Shown piece after piece: positions 39,201 through 48,416 of a stretch of 64,000 bases of DNA; the stretch's first letter is position 1, and the number at the start of each line of letters is the position of its first letter. Below the pieces are notes generated by a model, which was not told the origin of the DNA, made no database searches, and saw nothing but the letters and a program-made list of their open reading frames with translations. Source of the DNA: Candidatus Poribacteria bacterium (lineage in GTDB: Bacteria; Poribacteria; WGA-4E; PCPOR2b); NCBI GenBank assembly GCA_965218095.1, contig OZ244587.1, positions 4,640,001-4,704,000 on the forward strand. Reading direction: 5' to 3'. Position numbers and translations under genes: made by a program.

Positions 39201-39407
39201 AATGCCGAGTTGACCCTTGCTGTTCAGGTTGGGTATCGCCATTACAAAAAAACTGGAGATACCGAAGCGTACCTCCAGGCCCTTGAGACGCTTGACCGCT
39301 ACCGCGAGGTAATCGAGAAGGACAACATCGCGAATATGGCCTATCTGGCTTGGGCAGAATCGCGTGCCTGGGATCGGACGCTCCTCCAGGTGCAGCCATT
39401 AGAGTGA
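36225..39407 (+). CDS. BNR/Asp-box sialidase-like propeller fused to a DUF4838-like domain
   Basis: Five S.D.G.TW Asp-boxes, then AA.EL..H, GTLFAVY.FL...GVRW.WPG, HPEFF. Confidence 0.75.
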   Translation: MEIILSAVVMSAQLIVVGTDLGTPAEKKLTAEDARLCVTGYDYNRPDPFPGLGDFIGWAEAIERMPNGDILLVHSAGYGHVSFASPRQLAGGAVDFEAPTGGRSMACRSNDNGKTWSKPVTVVDHRLDDRPDGLFVCRDGTVLCFVNVNASWSGYQKAPAGFENDIDGLNSKQFVVRSKDNGRTWSSPIWIDSPGAFYERAHGRPIQLDDGAILWATYCENVGGAESGGKEPLFGAIHRSTDSGKTWKTISTIHRDGLDVDEPAIAELKDGRLIMVTRPDGGVLYSKDRGVTWIDSGKTVKKHGPTFRAPQLFVLQDGTVVALATWHVFGFGGDLPYLCAWISKDSGMTWSEGIPLDTSCYGYPGGFMMKDESIMVSYCESAQAPNRVYVIRIRVNAVRDDIEFLPINEPIKTNMTKATMDIVVNEKATCTIVIPDEPLEVVEYAARELQYHIKESTGATLPVLSESTEADSGSFIYLGSCRKTAKAGISMDEIAANGFRIKLIGSDLFMCGRDSGGHPVSTAGISVGPLVQAGTLFAVYGFLTEQVGVRWLWPGKLGEVIPKRRTIRVSHWDQTWQPPLVHTRIRTHVNYNTGEAGWPSSEARNRFLTEQSAWLRRHRFGRAVGLDYPHAFTGYWERYGETHPEFFNLLPNGERVGDPHYWGGAGNVISMCVSQPGFWKQIVANWQESRSSLHPWINLCENDVPGKCTCPSCRAWDVPAPDDIVSMARVEEGFEKGSGWYRWLGSLSDRYCRFYLAVQKEAQKVDPEATVIGFSYENYAKPPVETKLNERVVISLVPGLMFPWTEEKRQHFREQWQGWAVTGARLYLRPNYTLDGHNLPIFYARKFGEDFSFAFAHGMIATDFDSLTGQYATQGPNLYVLARVQIDGDKPVDELLDEYYQAFGPAGHAVRAYFRHWEEVSDAVTDELLRKNARSALGTDWVKFCDFYQVADAIFTPAVMQQGFALLEEAERASQGDALAQQRVEFLKKGLKNAELTLAVQVGYRHYKKTGDTEAYLQALETLDRYREVIEKDNIANMAYLAWAESRAWDRTLLQVQPLE

Positions 39408-39937
39408 CGCCAAGTGGAAGAGTATTGCACCAAGGAAGGTGCTTAGCCGAGAGCAGGTGGTTTGTTGCACCACCGCAATCTTGCCTAGCTGCTTCTGGGC
39501 GCGCCCGTATCCGGGCGCTGTGTCGATGTAGGTCACCCTCAGATGATAGGCCGCTTGTAGAGGACGTTAGATAGAGGACAGCGTGATGGGCCGGGACCCG
39601 CTGTAGCCAATGCCGGACAAAAGCGCTCGTTGATTAGAGCAAATTTCGCACAACCCCTAATACTACAAAGAGAGATTGAATAAATGCGCGAGCCGTAGAG
39701 TAGGTCCGATTCTCGGACGAGCACGGTTCGCCCGTTCACGTATCTCACCGGATAGTTCAAACGGGCTGGCAGCCCACTCTACTTCTGGAAATCTCGTTGT
39801 AGTACTAAAATGGCGGAAGGAAATAGAGGCTGAGTCCTGATTTCGGCGTGCAGCGCGATAAGGTTATGGTACGGCACCCCCGCCATCGCATCAAGCGTTG
39901 ACGCCCTGCGGGAGCGCCGGCCCTATCCACAGGAAGC

Positions 39938-39995
39938 CCGTAGAAGCCATAATCCCATTCATCCCCATGCACCACTCCCAGACGTTCCCCGCCAT
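39938..39995 (-). pseudogene. Short FGE-gene fragment
   Basis: Matches the MAGNVWEWCMDEWD.GFY region at ~47001-47056 with a 2-bp insertion. Confidence 0.6.
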
Positions 39996-40115
39996 TAGCA
40001 ACATAACCGTTTGTTATGCGTCAATACAGTGAACCATCCTCGGAAAGCGCCCGTGGTGGCAGTCGCCCAGTAATCCTTTCCTTGCGTTACCGCCGAAGCA
40101 TGACGCCGCCGGCTA

Positions 40116-41243
40116 TTAGAAATCGGTCTTCAAATCCCCCTGGTGATTCAGCAGGTGTTCGATGCCCTGGGTGTCCGCGTGCACGGTGATCGTCAGGTCG
40201 TAGCTTTTGGTCTGACCTGGGGCAAGCCACTGCGCGGCGAGTGGGTGTTTGTCCTGTGGCTTGCCCCATAGCGAACCACTGAACGGCTCCAGCGCACAAA
40301 CGTAGGAGCCGTTCGGCCCATAATGTTGCCAGTTAGCAAGCCGCGGCAGGCTCTCCGCCGGGTAAGACACCTCCACGCCCAATGGCAAATTGTGGTTGGC
40401 CAGGCCGCAGTGCGCGATACCCTGGCTGTCGCAGTTGATATCCACAATCAGACCACGCGAGCCGGCCGCAGTATGCTCGGTCAGTGGATCCGGTACCGTC
40501 AAGTAGCCGCCCAGATCCCGTTCCTCCTTCGGTGGATCGGACATTGACATATCCGCGTTCATGACCCAACCCCCGTTGACGGTTCCCGAGTAGACTACCT
40601 GGCTGTCTCGATTGAGCAGCGGATAGCCGAAGTTGATGTGGTACAGCCAGTTGTGGGCCACGGTCGCGTTGCCGAGGTTAACCACTTCATCATGTAGTTC
40701 GATCACCGGGCGACCGAGCTGACATACAATGCGCCGGCGCACCTCAACCGATGGGCCGTACATCTTCGTGTCCCGGATGATCATCTCCAAATGCATATCC
40801 AGGTCGCTACCGCGCGGATTCGGATTTTTTAGACCCACCAAGGCCGCCGGCGTATTGGAATGATGTCCGTGCAGGACCAACTTATTTCCGTCCTCTTCGC
40901 GACCTGGACCAATGTATTGCGGCCCACATGAAGTCACGAGGCCGCCGGGCCAAGCCGCCAGCCAATCGTCGTCCTGGTACAGAGGCTGCATGGGAGGCTT
41001 GTAACCGTTGGGCGTCAAGTACGCGAGGCTGGCGTTCTGGTAAAATGCCTCCACAATATCCCCGCCGCGGTCGAGTGCCACGGTGAAGCGCAACCCGGAA
41101 CCAGTATCCACCAGCGCCACACGGCAGCCACCGGCACCGCCCATGTCGGGCCAGTCGAATCTGGCGGTGCGGATGCCCCCGACTTGGTGAATCAGTTCAA
41201 ACTTGTTGGCGTCAAATCTCGCTGTCCGCTTGTGAACTTTCAC
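40116..41243 (-). CDS. Aldose-1-epimerase-like (DUF4432) protein
   Basis: GTG start after GGAGGG; TGSGL.F.V..DRG.DI, GG...CG, LHG, LYHINFGYP, ALEP. Confidence 0.75.
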   Translation of the reverse strand: MKVHKRTARFDANKFELIHQVGGIRTARFDWPDMGGAGGCRVALVDTGSGLRFTVALDRGGDIVEAFYQNASLAYLTPNGYKPPMQPLYQDDDWLAAWPGGLVTSCGPQYIGPGREEDGNKLVLHGHHSNTPAALVGLKNPNPRGSDLDMHLEMIIRDTKMYGPSVEVRRRIVCQLGRPVIELHDEVVNLGNATVAHNWLYHINFGYPLLNRDSQVVYSGTVNGGWVMNADMSMSDPPKEERDLGGYLTVPDPLTEHTAAGSRGLIVDINCDSQGIAHCGLANHNLPLGVEVSYPAESLPRLANWQHYGPNGSYVCALEPFSGSLWGKPQDKHPLAAQWLAPGQTKSYDLTITVHADTQGIEHLLNHQGDLKTDF

Positions 41244-41456
41244 CGTATTTCCCTCCACAAAAGATGCCTTCGTGCTTCTTCTCCAACGACCTTGCCGATT
41301 TCCTGAAAGCCGGTCGGATATTTTGCGATGTGAACTGTGATCCAGTTTTTGCAGTGACTTGTTAGGCGACGTTTGAGTCTGGTCAAGCGAGAACAAAGGT
41401 AATGACCGAGTGCCCTATATAAAGCTCGCTTTCGTAGAAACTCACAGTGTTAGGTG

Positions 41457-42252
41457 TTAGCGGCTATGCTGCCGCAGGAAGTTAAGGGTAACCCGATTGA
41501 ACTCCTCCGGATTCTCAACGTTGTGTAGGTGTCCCCCGCCCGCAAACACAATCAGTTCAGCGCCGGGGATTCTATCCGCCACTTCGCGAGCATATAGCGG
41601 TGGTGTCGCCAGATCAAAGCTGCCGACCGTCACAAGAGTCGGGATCTGAATCCGGTGGAGGCGATCGACTGCGTCATGCTCAAGGTCTGCCCGATACTGA
41701 CGTATGAGTGGCACCCTTGACGGGTTGTTCGTGACCGCCGTATTAATCTGGTCGGACACGAGATCGGGACGACGTTGCATGAGGAGTCACGAACCATAGC
41801 ACGTTGATCTCGTAGAACAAGCGCATGTCCAATGTTTGGAGCAGACGGATCTGGGCCTCGAACTTGCGCGCTGCATAGCCGTGTGCACGTCCCCAGGTGC
41901 CGTGAAGCTGAAGTGTTTGTACGAGGTCCGGGCGCATCAGCGCCAGCTCCTGAGCCACGCATGACCCCAGCGACAGACCCGAAACATGCGCGTGGGAAAT
42001 ACCGAGTTCGTCCATCAGTCCAGCCGTATCCATTGCCATCAGACGTGTCGTGATTGGCTCATCGGGCGCTTTGGTCTTGCCCGTCCCCCGATTGTCGAAA
42101 CAGATACAATCGAATTCGCTGCGGTACGCCTCGCCCTGCGCGCTCCAGCAGGAATGATCCAGACCGGTACCCATGATCAGTACCAGCGGAGGCCCGGCGC
42201 CGCAGCGTTCGTAATAGATCATTGCCTTCGTGTGGACTGTTACATAGGGCAT
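41457..42252 (-). pseudogene. Alpha/beta hydrolase split by a frameshift near 41780
   Basis: GLSLG nucleophile in the 5' ORF; PTLV..G..D and GGHL in the 3' ORF, in a different frame. Confidence 0.7.
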
Positions 42253-42436
42253 AGGACATCAAACCAGCCGAGCGCCTCGAAACAAACAGTTCAGACGACT
42301 TGTTGGTCCGCTTGTGGCTTATAGGACCACATGAGCGGCGGTCGATTACTCTGTTGGTTATTGTACTTAGCCCTCCGCCCGAAAGTCAATGGCAAAATCC
42401 CCTTGCTATATGCCTTCAGCTCTACCAGTAAAGGAG

Positions 42437-43669
42437 TTAGAAGACCAGCGGGAGCGACTTCAGCCTCCGGAGCTGGTAGCTCGGCAGCCAGTCGGGCAAC
42501 GCCTCTGCCAGCTGCAGGCTCGGAAGCCGGCGCAGCAACCCCTCGAAAGCAATCTCCGCTTCGAGTTGGGCCAACGGCATGCCGATGCAGAAGTGGGGGC
42601 CCGCAGCGAAGGCCAGGTGGCGGTTGGGGGTGCGCCGGATGTCGAGGCGGTCTGCGTCGGGGAACTGGGCGGGGTCCCGGTTCGCCGACCCGAGCAGGAA
42701 CATGATCCGCTCGCCGCGCCGGATCTGTCGCCCTTGGATCTCGATATCCTCCTTCGCTAGGCGGTTGATCCGCTGGTTCGGGCTTTCGTAGCGCAAGAAC
42801 TCCTCGACCGCGCTCCCCATCGCCGATGGGTCGTCCCGGAGCGCCGTGAGCTGGTCGGGGTGGTGGAACAAGGCGAGTAGGCCGCTGCCGATGAGAGCCG
42901 TCGTTGTTTCGTGGCCCCCGACGAGGAAGGTGACGCAGGTCGAGAGAAGCTCTCCTTCGGTGAGTCCCTCTCCCTTAAGTTCGGCACTGATAAGACGACT
43001 GATGAGATCGTCGCGAGGCTGCTCACGGCGCTGCGCAGCGATGTCCAGCAGGTACGCCCGCACTGCGAGGAGGCTGCGCTGGGCGGCTTTGGCGACCTCG
43101 ACTGTGAGCCGGTTGCTGGCTGAGAAGGCGGCAATGTCGTCGGACCAGGCCTTGAACTGATAGCGGTCTTCCGGTGGCATGCCGATCACATCAGCGGTGA
43201 CGATCGCCGGCAGCGGGAAGGCGAAGTCGCGGATGATGTCCATCTGTCCGGCGCCTTCGACGGAGTCGAGGAGCTTATCGACTGTCGCTTCAATCCGCCG
43301 GCGCATCCCCTTGACGACCCGCGGCGTGAAGGCTTTGTTGATGAAGCTCCGCAGGCGGGTGTGATCGGGTGGATCGGAGTGGAGCAACCCGACCGAGTAG
43401 TGGTGCTTGATTGGCTGGAACCTGGCTTGGGCCGCATCAGGCAACGCATTGAGGGACCCTCCGAACTGGCCGACGACCGAGAACTGGCGACCGTCCTGAC
43501 GGAGGCAGGCGAGGACGTCAGCGTACCGCGAGACGATCCAGCAGTTCCAAGCCTCGCACCAATGGACGGGATCCTCAGCGCGGAGTTGATGGTAGACCGG
43601 ATAGGGATTTACGAAAAATTCAGGAGAGTGTAGTTGTTGATCGAGGCGCTCATTGTTTTTTCGGGTCAT
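42437..43669 (-). CDS. Cytochrome P450
   Basis: DPPDHTRLR, GGHETT, EEFLR, FAAGPHFCIG heme motif. Confidence 0.95.
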   Translation of the reverse strand: MTRKNNERLDQQLHSPEFFVNPYPVYHQLRAEDPVHWCEAWNCWIVSRYADVLACLRQDGRQFSVVGQFGGSLNALPDAAQARFQPIKHHYSVGLLHSDPPDHTRLRSFINKAFTPRVVKGMRRRIEATVDKLLDSVEGAGQMDIIRDFAFPLPAIVTADVIGMPPEDRYQFKAWSDDIAAFSASNRLTVEVAKAAQRSLLAVRAYLLDIAAQRREQPRDDLISRLISAELKGEGLTEGELLSTCVTFLVGGHETTTALIGSGLLALFHHPDQLTALRDDPSAMGSAVEEFLRYESPNQRINRLAKEDIEIQGRQIRRGERIMFLLGSANRDPAQFPDADRLDIRRTPNRHLAFAAGPHFCIGMPLAQLEAEIAFEGLLRRLPSLQLAEALPDWLPSYQLRRLKSLPLVF

Positions 43670-43921
43670 AGACAAGTTTACTCCCTCTGAACAGCAAGTG
43701 GGCTCAACATAGATTAAGCTAATCGTTCCGCTCCATTTCCTGCGTTGGTCACGAAGCGATGTCTAAATCGTGACGCTTTGGAGTCAGGGCTTCATGTGGA
43801 TTTCCTTAATCCATCCTTACTTTCTGAGAGAGCTCTCAAGTTGAATTGCCCACGTGAGCCTTCTGCGGCAACCTCAACGAGATCGCGCGCGTCTACTTGC
43901 GTGCATTCGGGATGCTGGAGA

Positions 43922-44692
43922 TCAGTGGGTTGGTGTAAATCGGCAGAACCCATCGAATGAGATGCGCAGCCTCAGATTAGCTTCGTAGGGCCACGGATTA
44001 AAAGAATAGGGGATGTAGTGGCACGCGAAACTGTGGCGAAAAGCCCCCGGCTTCAAAATGGGACCGCCGCGATGAATGAGCCGGCCGTGGAAGAATACCA
44101 CGTCTCCCTTTGAAGCTTCGACTGTGATTTCCGGAAGCCCGTTGCGCTCGAAGAGGGCATCGAAGGCGTCTTCGTGATTCCAGTCGTACCAGGGACCCCG
44201 GTTGCCGTCTTCATCCGCTCTGAAATCCTTCTTATCGATGATCGGGCCGTTGTGGGAGCCGAGTTGGATATGGATGCTTCCGTTCCATTCGCCAACCTCC
44301 TGAAGGGCAATCCATGCCGACATACATCCCGGGAGATGGTACGCATCCTGATGCCGACGCTGTTCCGAGCCTTTATAGAAATACATACTCTGTACTGCAT
44401 CGGGCTCATCGCCGAGGAGGGTGCGCAGCGGCTGGCGTAGTCTGGCATCCAGCATCCAAGCCATGCCCACAGGCTCGTGAAGGGACCGGTTATGAGTCCG
44501 GCTCCAGTCGTCCGGATCGCGGGGGGCGTAGCCTTCGATTGTCTTGCGCCCTGCATGCAGATCCATCATGTAGTCGATAAACCGATCACACTCGTCAGAA
44601 TCGAACGCGCCTTTAACTATTGTATAACCATTGCGTTGATACTCTTCTTTTTGAATTGATGTTAGTTGTATATCCATAAGAACCTCGCTCAA
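43922..44692 (-). CDS. Phytanoyl-CoA dioxygenase (PhyH) family protein
   Basis: HQD, SAWIAL, GSH, GDVVFFH..L.HRG. Confidence 0.9.
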   Translation of the reverse strand: MSEVLMDIQLTSIQKEEYQRNGYTIVKGAFDSDECDRFIDYMMDLHAGRKTIEGYAPRDPDDWSRTHNRSLHEPVGMAWMLDARLRQPLRTLLGDEPDAVQSMYFYKGSEQRRHQDAYHLPGCMSAWIALQEVGEWNGSIHIQLGSHNGPIIDKKDFRADEDGNRGPWYDWNHEDAFDALFERNGLPEITVEASKGDVVFFHGRLIHRGGPILKPGAFRHSFACHYIPYSFNPWPYEANLRLRISFDGFCRFTPTH

Positions 44693-44716
44693 CAGTTACA
44701 ATTTCCTGCTCGATCT

Positions 44717-44851
44717 GGATTGGCAAATCCAGATCGGCCATTGGATTTGCCAATCCAACGGGAGCGTGGGAGATTTCTACTCAACAGTCTCGTAGCCGAA
44801 TTCGTGAGAATTCGGTCCCGTCACGCCCCGAACTCTCACGAGTTCGTCTAC
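44717..44851. repeat. Two REP-like palindromes
   Basis: ggattggcaaatcc...ggatttgccaatcc; gtagccgaattcgtgagaattcgg...ccgaactctcacgagttcgtctac. Confidence 0.65.
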
Positions 44852-44934
44852 CGGCATTATGAACCACCCTCATCTATCTATTTAAGGGGTCAATTTCAAT
44901 GAATTCGCATGCGCTCGGGCCGCAGAGAGATTTT

Positions 44935-45795
44935 CTAGGCGCACTCCAAAACGGCCTTAAGCTCTGTGACACTGGCAACGGCCACCAGGGCGCTGCTCAC
45001 GCCCTGGTTCTCAAGTACCCACGACACGGCGCGACTGGTCCGCGAAATCCTTTCCCCCGGCCCAGCCAGTTCGTGCCAGGGGCCAGCAATAAAGGAATAG
45101 ACAAGCCTCAGTTCGCTTCGGATGCTCTCGCCAAGGGGCGAGAGCTGCACCAGAGTCTCCTCCGTCGCCTCAGTCCAGTCCGTCCAATTTTTCTGTTCCC
45201 AGCTTAAGTACTGTCCACCGAGCGCCTTCATTACCAGTACTCCCTTTCCGGCTTTGGCTGCGGACTCAATGCCCGGCGCCTGCCCGCGGCAGACATAGTT
45301 GTAGATGACCAGGTCCGCGTCGGCCTCCTTTTCTGGGCCTCGCATCGCATAGGCCTCCTGATCCGCTTGGAAGTGGCGTATCAGACAGAGCGATCGCACC
45401 TTACCTGCCTCCTTGAGAGCAGCGATACGGGCGCGCAGTCGGTCGTCCTTTATGTAGGCATAATAATGCACCCGGAGGATGTCAATCGCATCTCTGCGCA
45501 GGTTCACGAGATGTTTGTCGACTATCGCCTCTAGATCCACAGCTACGGGAGCACCCACTTTCAGGGAAAAGTAGCGGTCTTCCGTATGTCCCTTCAACTC
45601 TTCCGGGATATGGACCTCGTCCCCGTACCCTGTGTCAAACAGGTTTATCCCGGATTCGGCCGCCTGCAGGTAGATCTGCCGCTTCTCCTCAGGTGGTGGA
45701 TGTCCGGATTCTCCCTCCCAGTAGTGTGCCAGCAGTCCTCCCAACCCTACAGTGCTCAACCTCATGCCTGTCCTTCCGAATTCACGATGTTCCAT
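44935..45795 (-). CDS. Aldo/keto reductase family protein
   Basis: R.FGRTG..LS.VGLG, GIN.FDT, DI..VH, GKVR, MKALGG. Confidence 0.75.
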   Translation of the reverse strand: MEHREFGRTGMRLSTVGLGGLLAHYWEGESGHPPPEEKRQIYLQAAESGINLFDTGYGDEVHIPEELKGHTEDRYFSLKVGAPVAVDLEAIVDKHLVNLRRDAIDILRVHYYAYIKDDRLRARIAALKEAGKVRSLCLIRHFQADQEAYAMRGPEKEADADLVIYNYVCRGQAPGIESAAKAGKGVLVMKALGGQYLSWEQKNWTDWTEATEETLVQLSPLGESIRSELRLVYSFIAGPWHELAGPGERISRTSRAVSWVLENQGVSSALVAVASVTELKAVLECA

Positions 45796-46247
45796 AACAA
45801 ACCTCCCTGATAGCTTTGGTGTGATGTGGTGGGTTTTGTGTGTATCTGTGACTTGGGCTTCCATACTGTAGATTCTAGCAGCATAAGTTTTTAACCCCTC
45901 CCAGCTCCCCTTGGTAACTTACTATTACCCATAAGTTGGTAAACCCGCGTGGGAAGTGGATTTGTGAGTGCCGCTTGTGGGGGCGGGGGGGCAAGTCTGT
46001 GAGGCAACTTTTTTTGCGTATGTGAGTCCACCTTTGCTCGCTTCCCCGCTCCCTTGTTTACCCACTTTTCCTTGGTGCCAACCGGTCCCGAGATGTGGGT
46101 ATCGGAACAGAGGAGGGTAAATGACACCCCACTAAAGTAAGTATTAGAATTGAGATGCATTTCAAATTCTGCATTTTGAGTAGACTTCTCAGACACATAC
46201 GCATGATTTCGCACACTAACACTAATAACGATGAAGCAAAATATCGG

Positions 46248-46700
46248 TTAGATGGTGTAGATGGCGGACTTGATGTAGCGCATGGGATCGCTGTCGCCGT
46301 TGGTCCAGTAGTACACGGTGATGACCCGGCCATCCGGCAGTTGGGTCGAGCAGGTCTCGCCGCTGGCCTTGGAGTCCGCAGGAGCGAGCAGAAGATCCCC
46401 ACTAACCACGCTGACTGACATCTGCTCTACACCTTGTTCCTGTTCAGCCAGTACTCGCACCGTATCAAGGGGCCAGGTCTGGCCGCCATCGGTGCTGCGG
46501 ATGATGGCGCCACGCGCTCGCACGTCGCCGTGGGCGTGGCTCGTCTGCCCAGCAGTCTCTGTGGGAGGGTAGGGCGCCTGCCGGAACGCTGTCACCAGGT
46601 CGCCGGTGCTGAGGCAGACAATCTCAGGGAACGCGGTGTTCCACTTGCTCTCAGGGTCTCAATATACCGTGACGTGCTGAAGCTCATTCACTGTAGCCAT
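46248..46700 (-). pseudogene. BNR/sialidase-family pseudogene
   Basis: ATG 46700 with RBS, in-frame TGA at codon 14, RSTDGGQTW Asp-box, C-terminal DGRVITVYY; most of the middle is missing. Confidence 0.65.
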
Positions 46701-46788
46701 TGGTTTCTCCTTTTCAACGTTGGTGATGGCTCAACTCCCCCAGAAGCTGAACACCCGCCGCGGGCGATTCATGACAGGGGTAAAGGAA

Positions 46789-48276
46789 TTAACGTGTCAC
46801 TGCGCAGCGAAAACCAACGTCGTGCTTCGTCTCCGATGGGTTGCCGCTGTTGCGGGCCGCCACGCGCAGGAAGTTCGGAGCGTTTTTGGTCATGGCCCAA
46901 GAACCACCGCGAACGGCGCGACGCGTGGTAACATCTGTGAACTTATTATCCACAAAAGCAACCGGACCGCCGGCGATTGGGTTTTTCTTTGGGCTATTTG
47001 CGTAGAAGCCATGATCCCATTCATCCATGCACCACTCCCAGACATTCCCCGCTATGTCGTGCAAGCCGTAGCCGTTGGGTGGAAAGCTCCCAACAGGCGC
47101 CGTTCGTTCCCACTGATCGCCTCCACCTGTGCCGTCATAATTGGCGTCATCATGGGTGATGGCATTTCCCCACGGATACCGATTGCCCGCCAATCCCCCG
47201 CGAGCTGCCTTCTCCCACTCCGCTTCGGTCGGCAGCCGTTTGCCCGACCACTGCGCATACGCGGCGGCGCCGTACCAACTAACTTCAATCACCGGATGAT
47301 CCGCAAACCCCGCCTTCGGGCGGTACTGCCCGTCAACCAATTCTATCAACTCGTCTCCGGCGCCAATCTCCAACCATTGTATGCCATCATCCCCCACATG
47401 CTTGCCGACGGCATTGAGGAATTTGGCGTACATGGCGTTGATCACCTCCGTCTCGTCAATGTAGAAGGCATCCAGGAAAACGGGGTGAATGGGGAGTTCA
47501 TTACCGAAGCCTTCGTTGAGATGTTGGTCGCCCATCTCAAACTCACCGGCGGGGATTAGTTGCATCGTCGCCCCATCCGTTTCCCAAGTGATCTCCTCCT
47601 TCCCCGTGACAGTGATCGCTTTTTCCTGCCCCGCCGTGACGGAGGCAGGAGCATTGTTTCGGACCGTTAGCGTGATTGTATATGCTCCTGAACTTGTATA
47701 GGTATGCTCAGCGGTGAGTATTTTATTATATGCTGTCTGCTCGCCATCTCCCCAATCCCACTTGACATCTTTAATCTCATAGTGCGTATCGTGGGAAGCA
47801 CTGGCATCGACTTTGACATATCCGTTTTTCAAGTTTCCACTATCTGACGCCGTCAATTTGAATGTTGCGACAAGCTTATGACCGGGCGGATTCACTGTGA
47901 TGATAGGCACACCGTTTCCGCCATCGCTTGAAAGATTAACCACTCCGGAGCCTTCAAACACAACCGTCCCATCCTTTAATATTTCGACCTCAACGATCCG
48001 ATTATCACCGGCGGGAATGTCTCCAACCGTGATTTCATAAGTTGGATCACTCCCCGGTTGGATAGCGAGATTTTGGTTTGCCGTGATGGGTGCATCAATG
48101 TCTGGGGCGGTAACCGTAATCTTTACGACGTACTTCCCCTCCGCCGTGACGTTTGAAAAACTAATCGGGATTTTGACAGAAGTTGAGGTTGCTTCCTCCT
48201 CCTTTTCCCCGCAACTTGATAAAAAGAGGGTGAAGCCAATGAAGGTGAGTGTGATGAAACTTAAGGGCTTAGTCAT
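46789..48276 (-). CDS. PKD + FGE/SUMF1-fold lipoprotein (copy D)
   Basis: Start MTKPLS after GGAGAA; LSSC lipobox; same architecture as copies A-C. Confidence 0.9.
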   Translation of the reverse strand: MTKPLSFITLTFIGFTLFLSSCGEKEEEATSTSVKIPISFSNVTAEGKYVVKITVTAPDIDAPITANQNLAIQPGSDPTYEITVGDIPAGDNRIVEVEILKDGTVVFEGSGVVNLSSDGGNGVPIITVNPPGHKLVATFKLTASDSGNLKNGYVKVDASASHDTHYEIKDVKWDWGDGEQTAYNKILTAEHTYTSSGAYTITLTVRNNAPASVTAGQEKAITVTGKEEITWETDGATMQLIPAGEFEMGDQHLNEGFGNELPIHPVFLDAFYIDETEVINAMYAKFLNAVGKHVGDDGIQWLEIGAGDELIELVDGQYRPKAGFADHPVIEVSWYGAAAYAQWSGKRLPTEAEWEKAARGGLAGNRYPWGNAITHDDANYDGTGGGDQWERTAPVGSFPPNGYGLHDIAGNVWEWCMDEWDHGFYANSPKKNPIAGGPVAFVDNKFTDVTTRRAVRGGSWAMTKNAPNFLRVAARNSGNPSETKHDVGFRCAVTR

Positions 48277-48416
48277 TGTTTTCTCCTTTCTATTATTCCA
48301 TTTTGCCCATTCTTCTTCGGTGATAGGCAGAAAATCCGGTCGGGACATCAAGAAAAAACTCCTCTGAAGTCTCGAGCTTCAGTCAGAAAATACCTGAAAA
48401 CAACTTCCTTGTCAAG

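Noticed and set aside
41445-41460. Additional attC after the hydrolase stop (acctaac)
   Set aside because: No L boxes or complementary right arm were found.
46248-46700. Selenocysteine or readthrough at the in-frame TGA
   Set aside because: The gene also has a large internal deletion, so a CGA-to-TGA pseudogene mutation is simpler.
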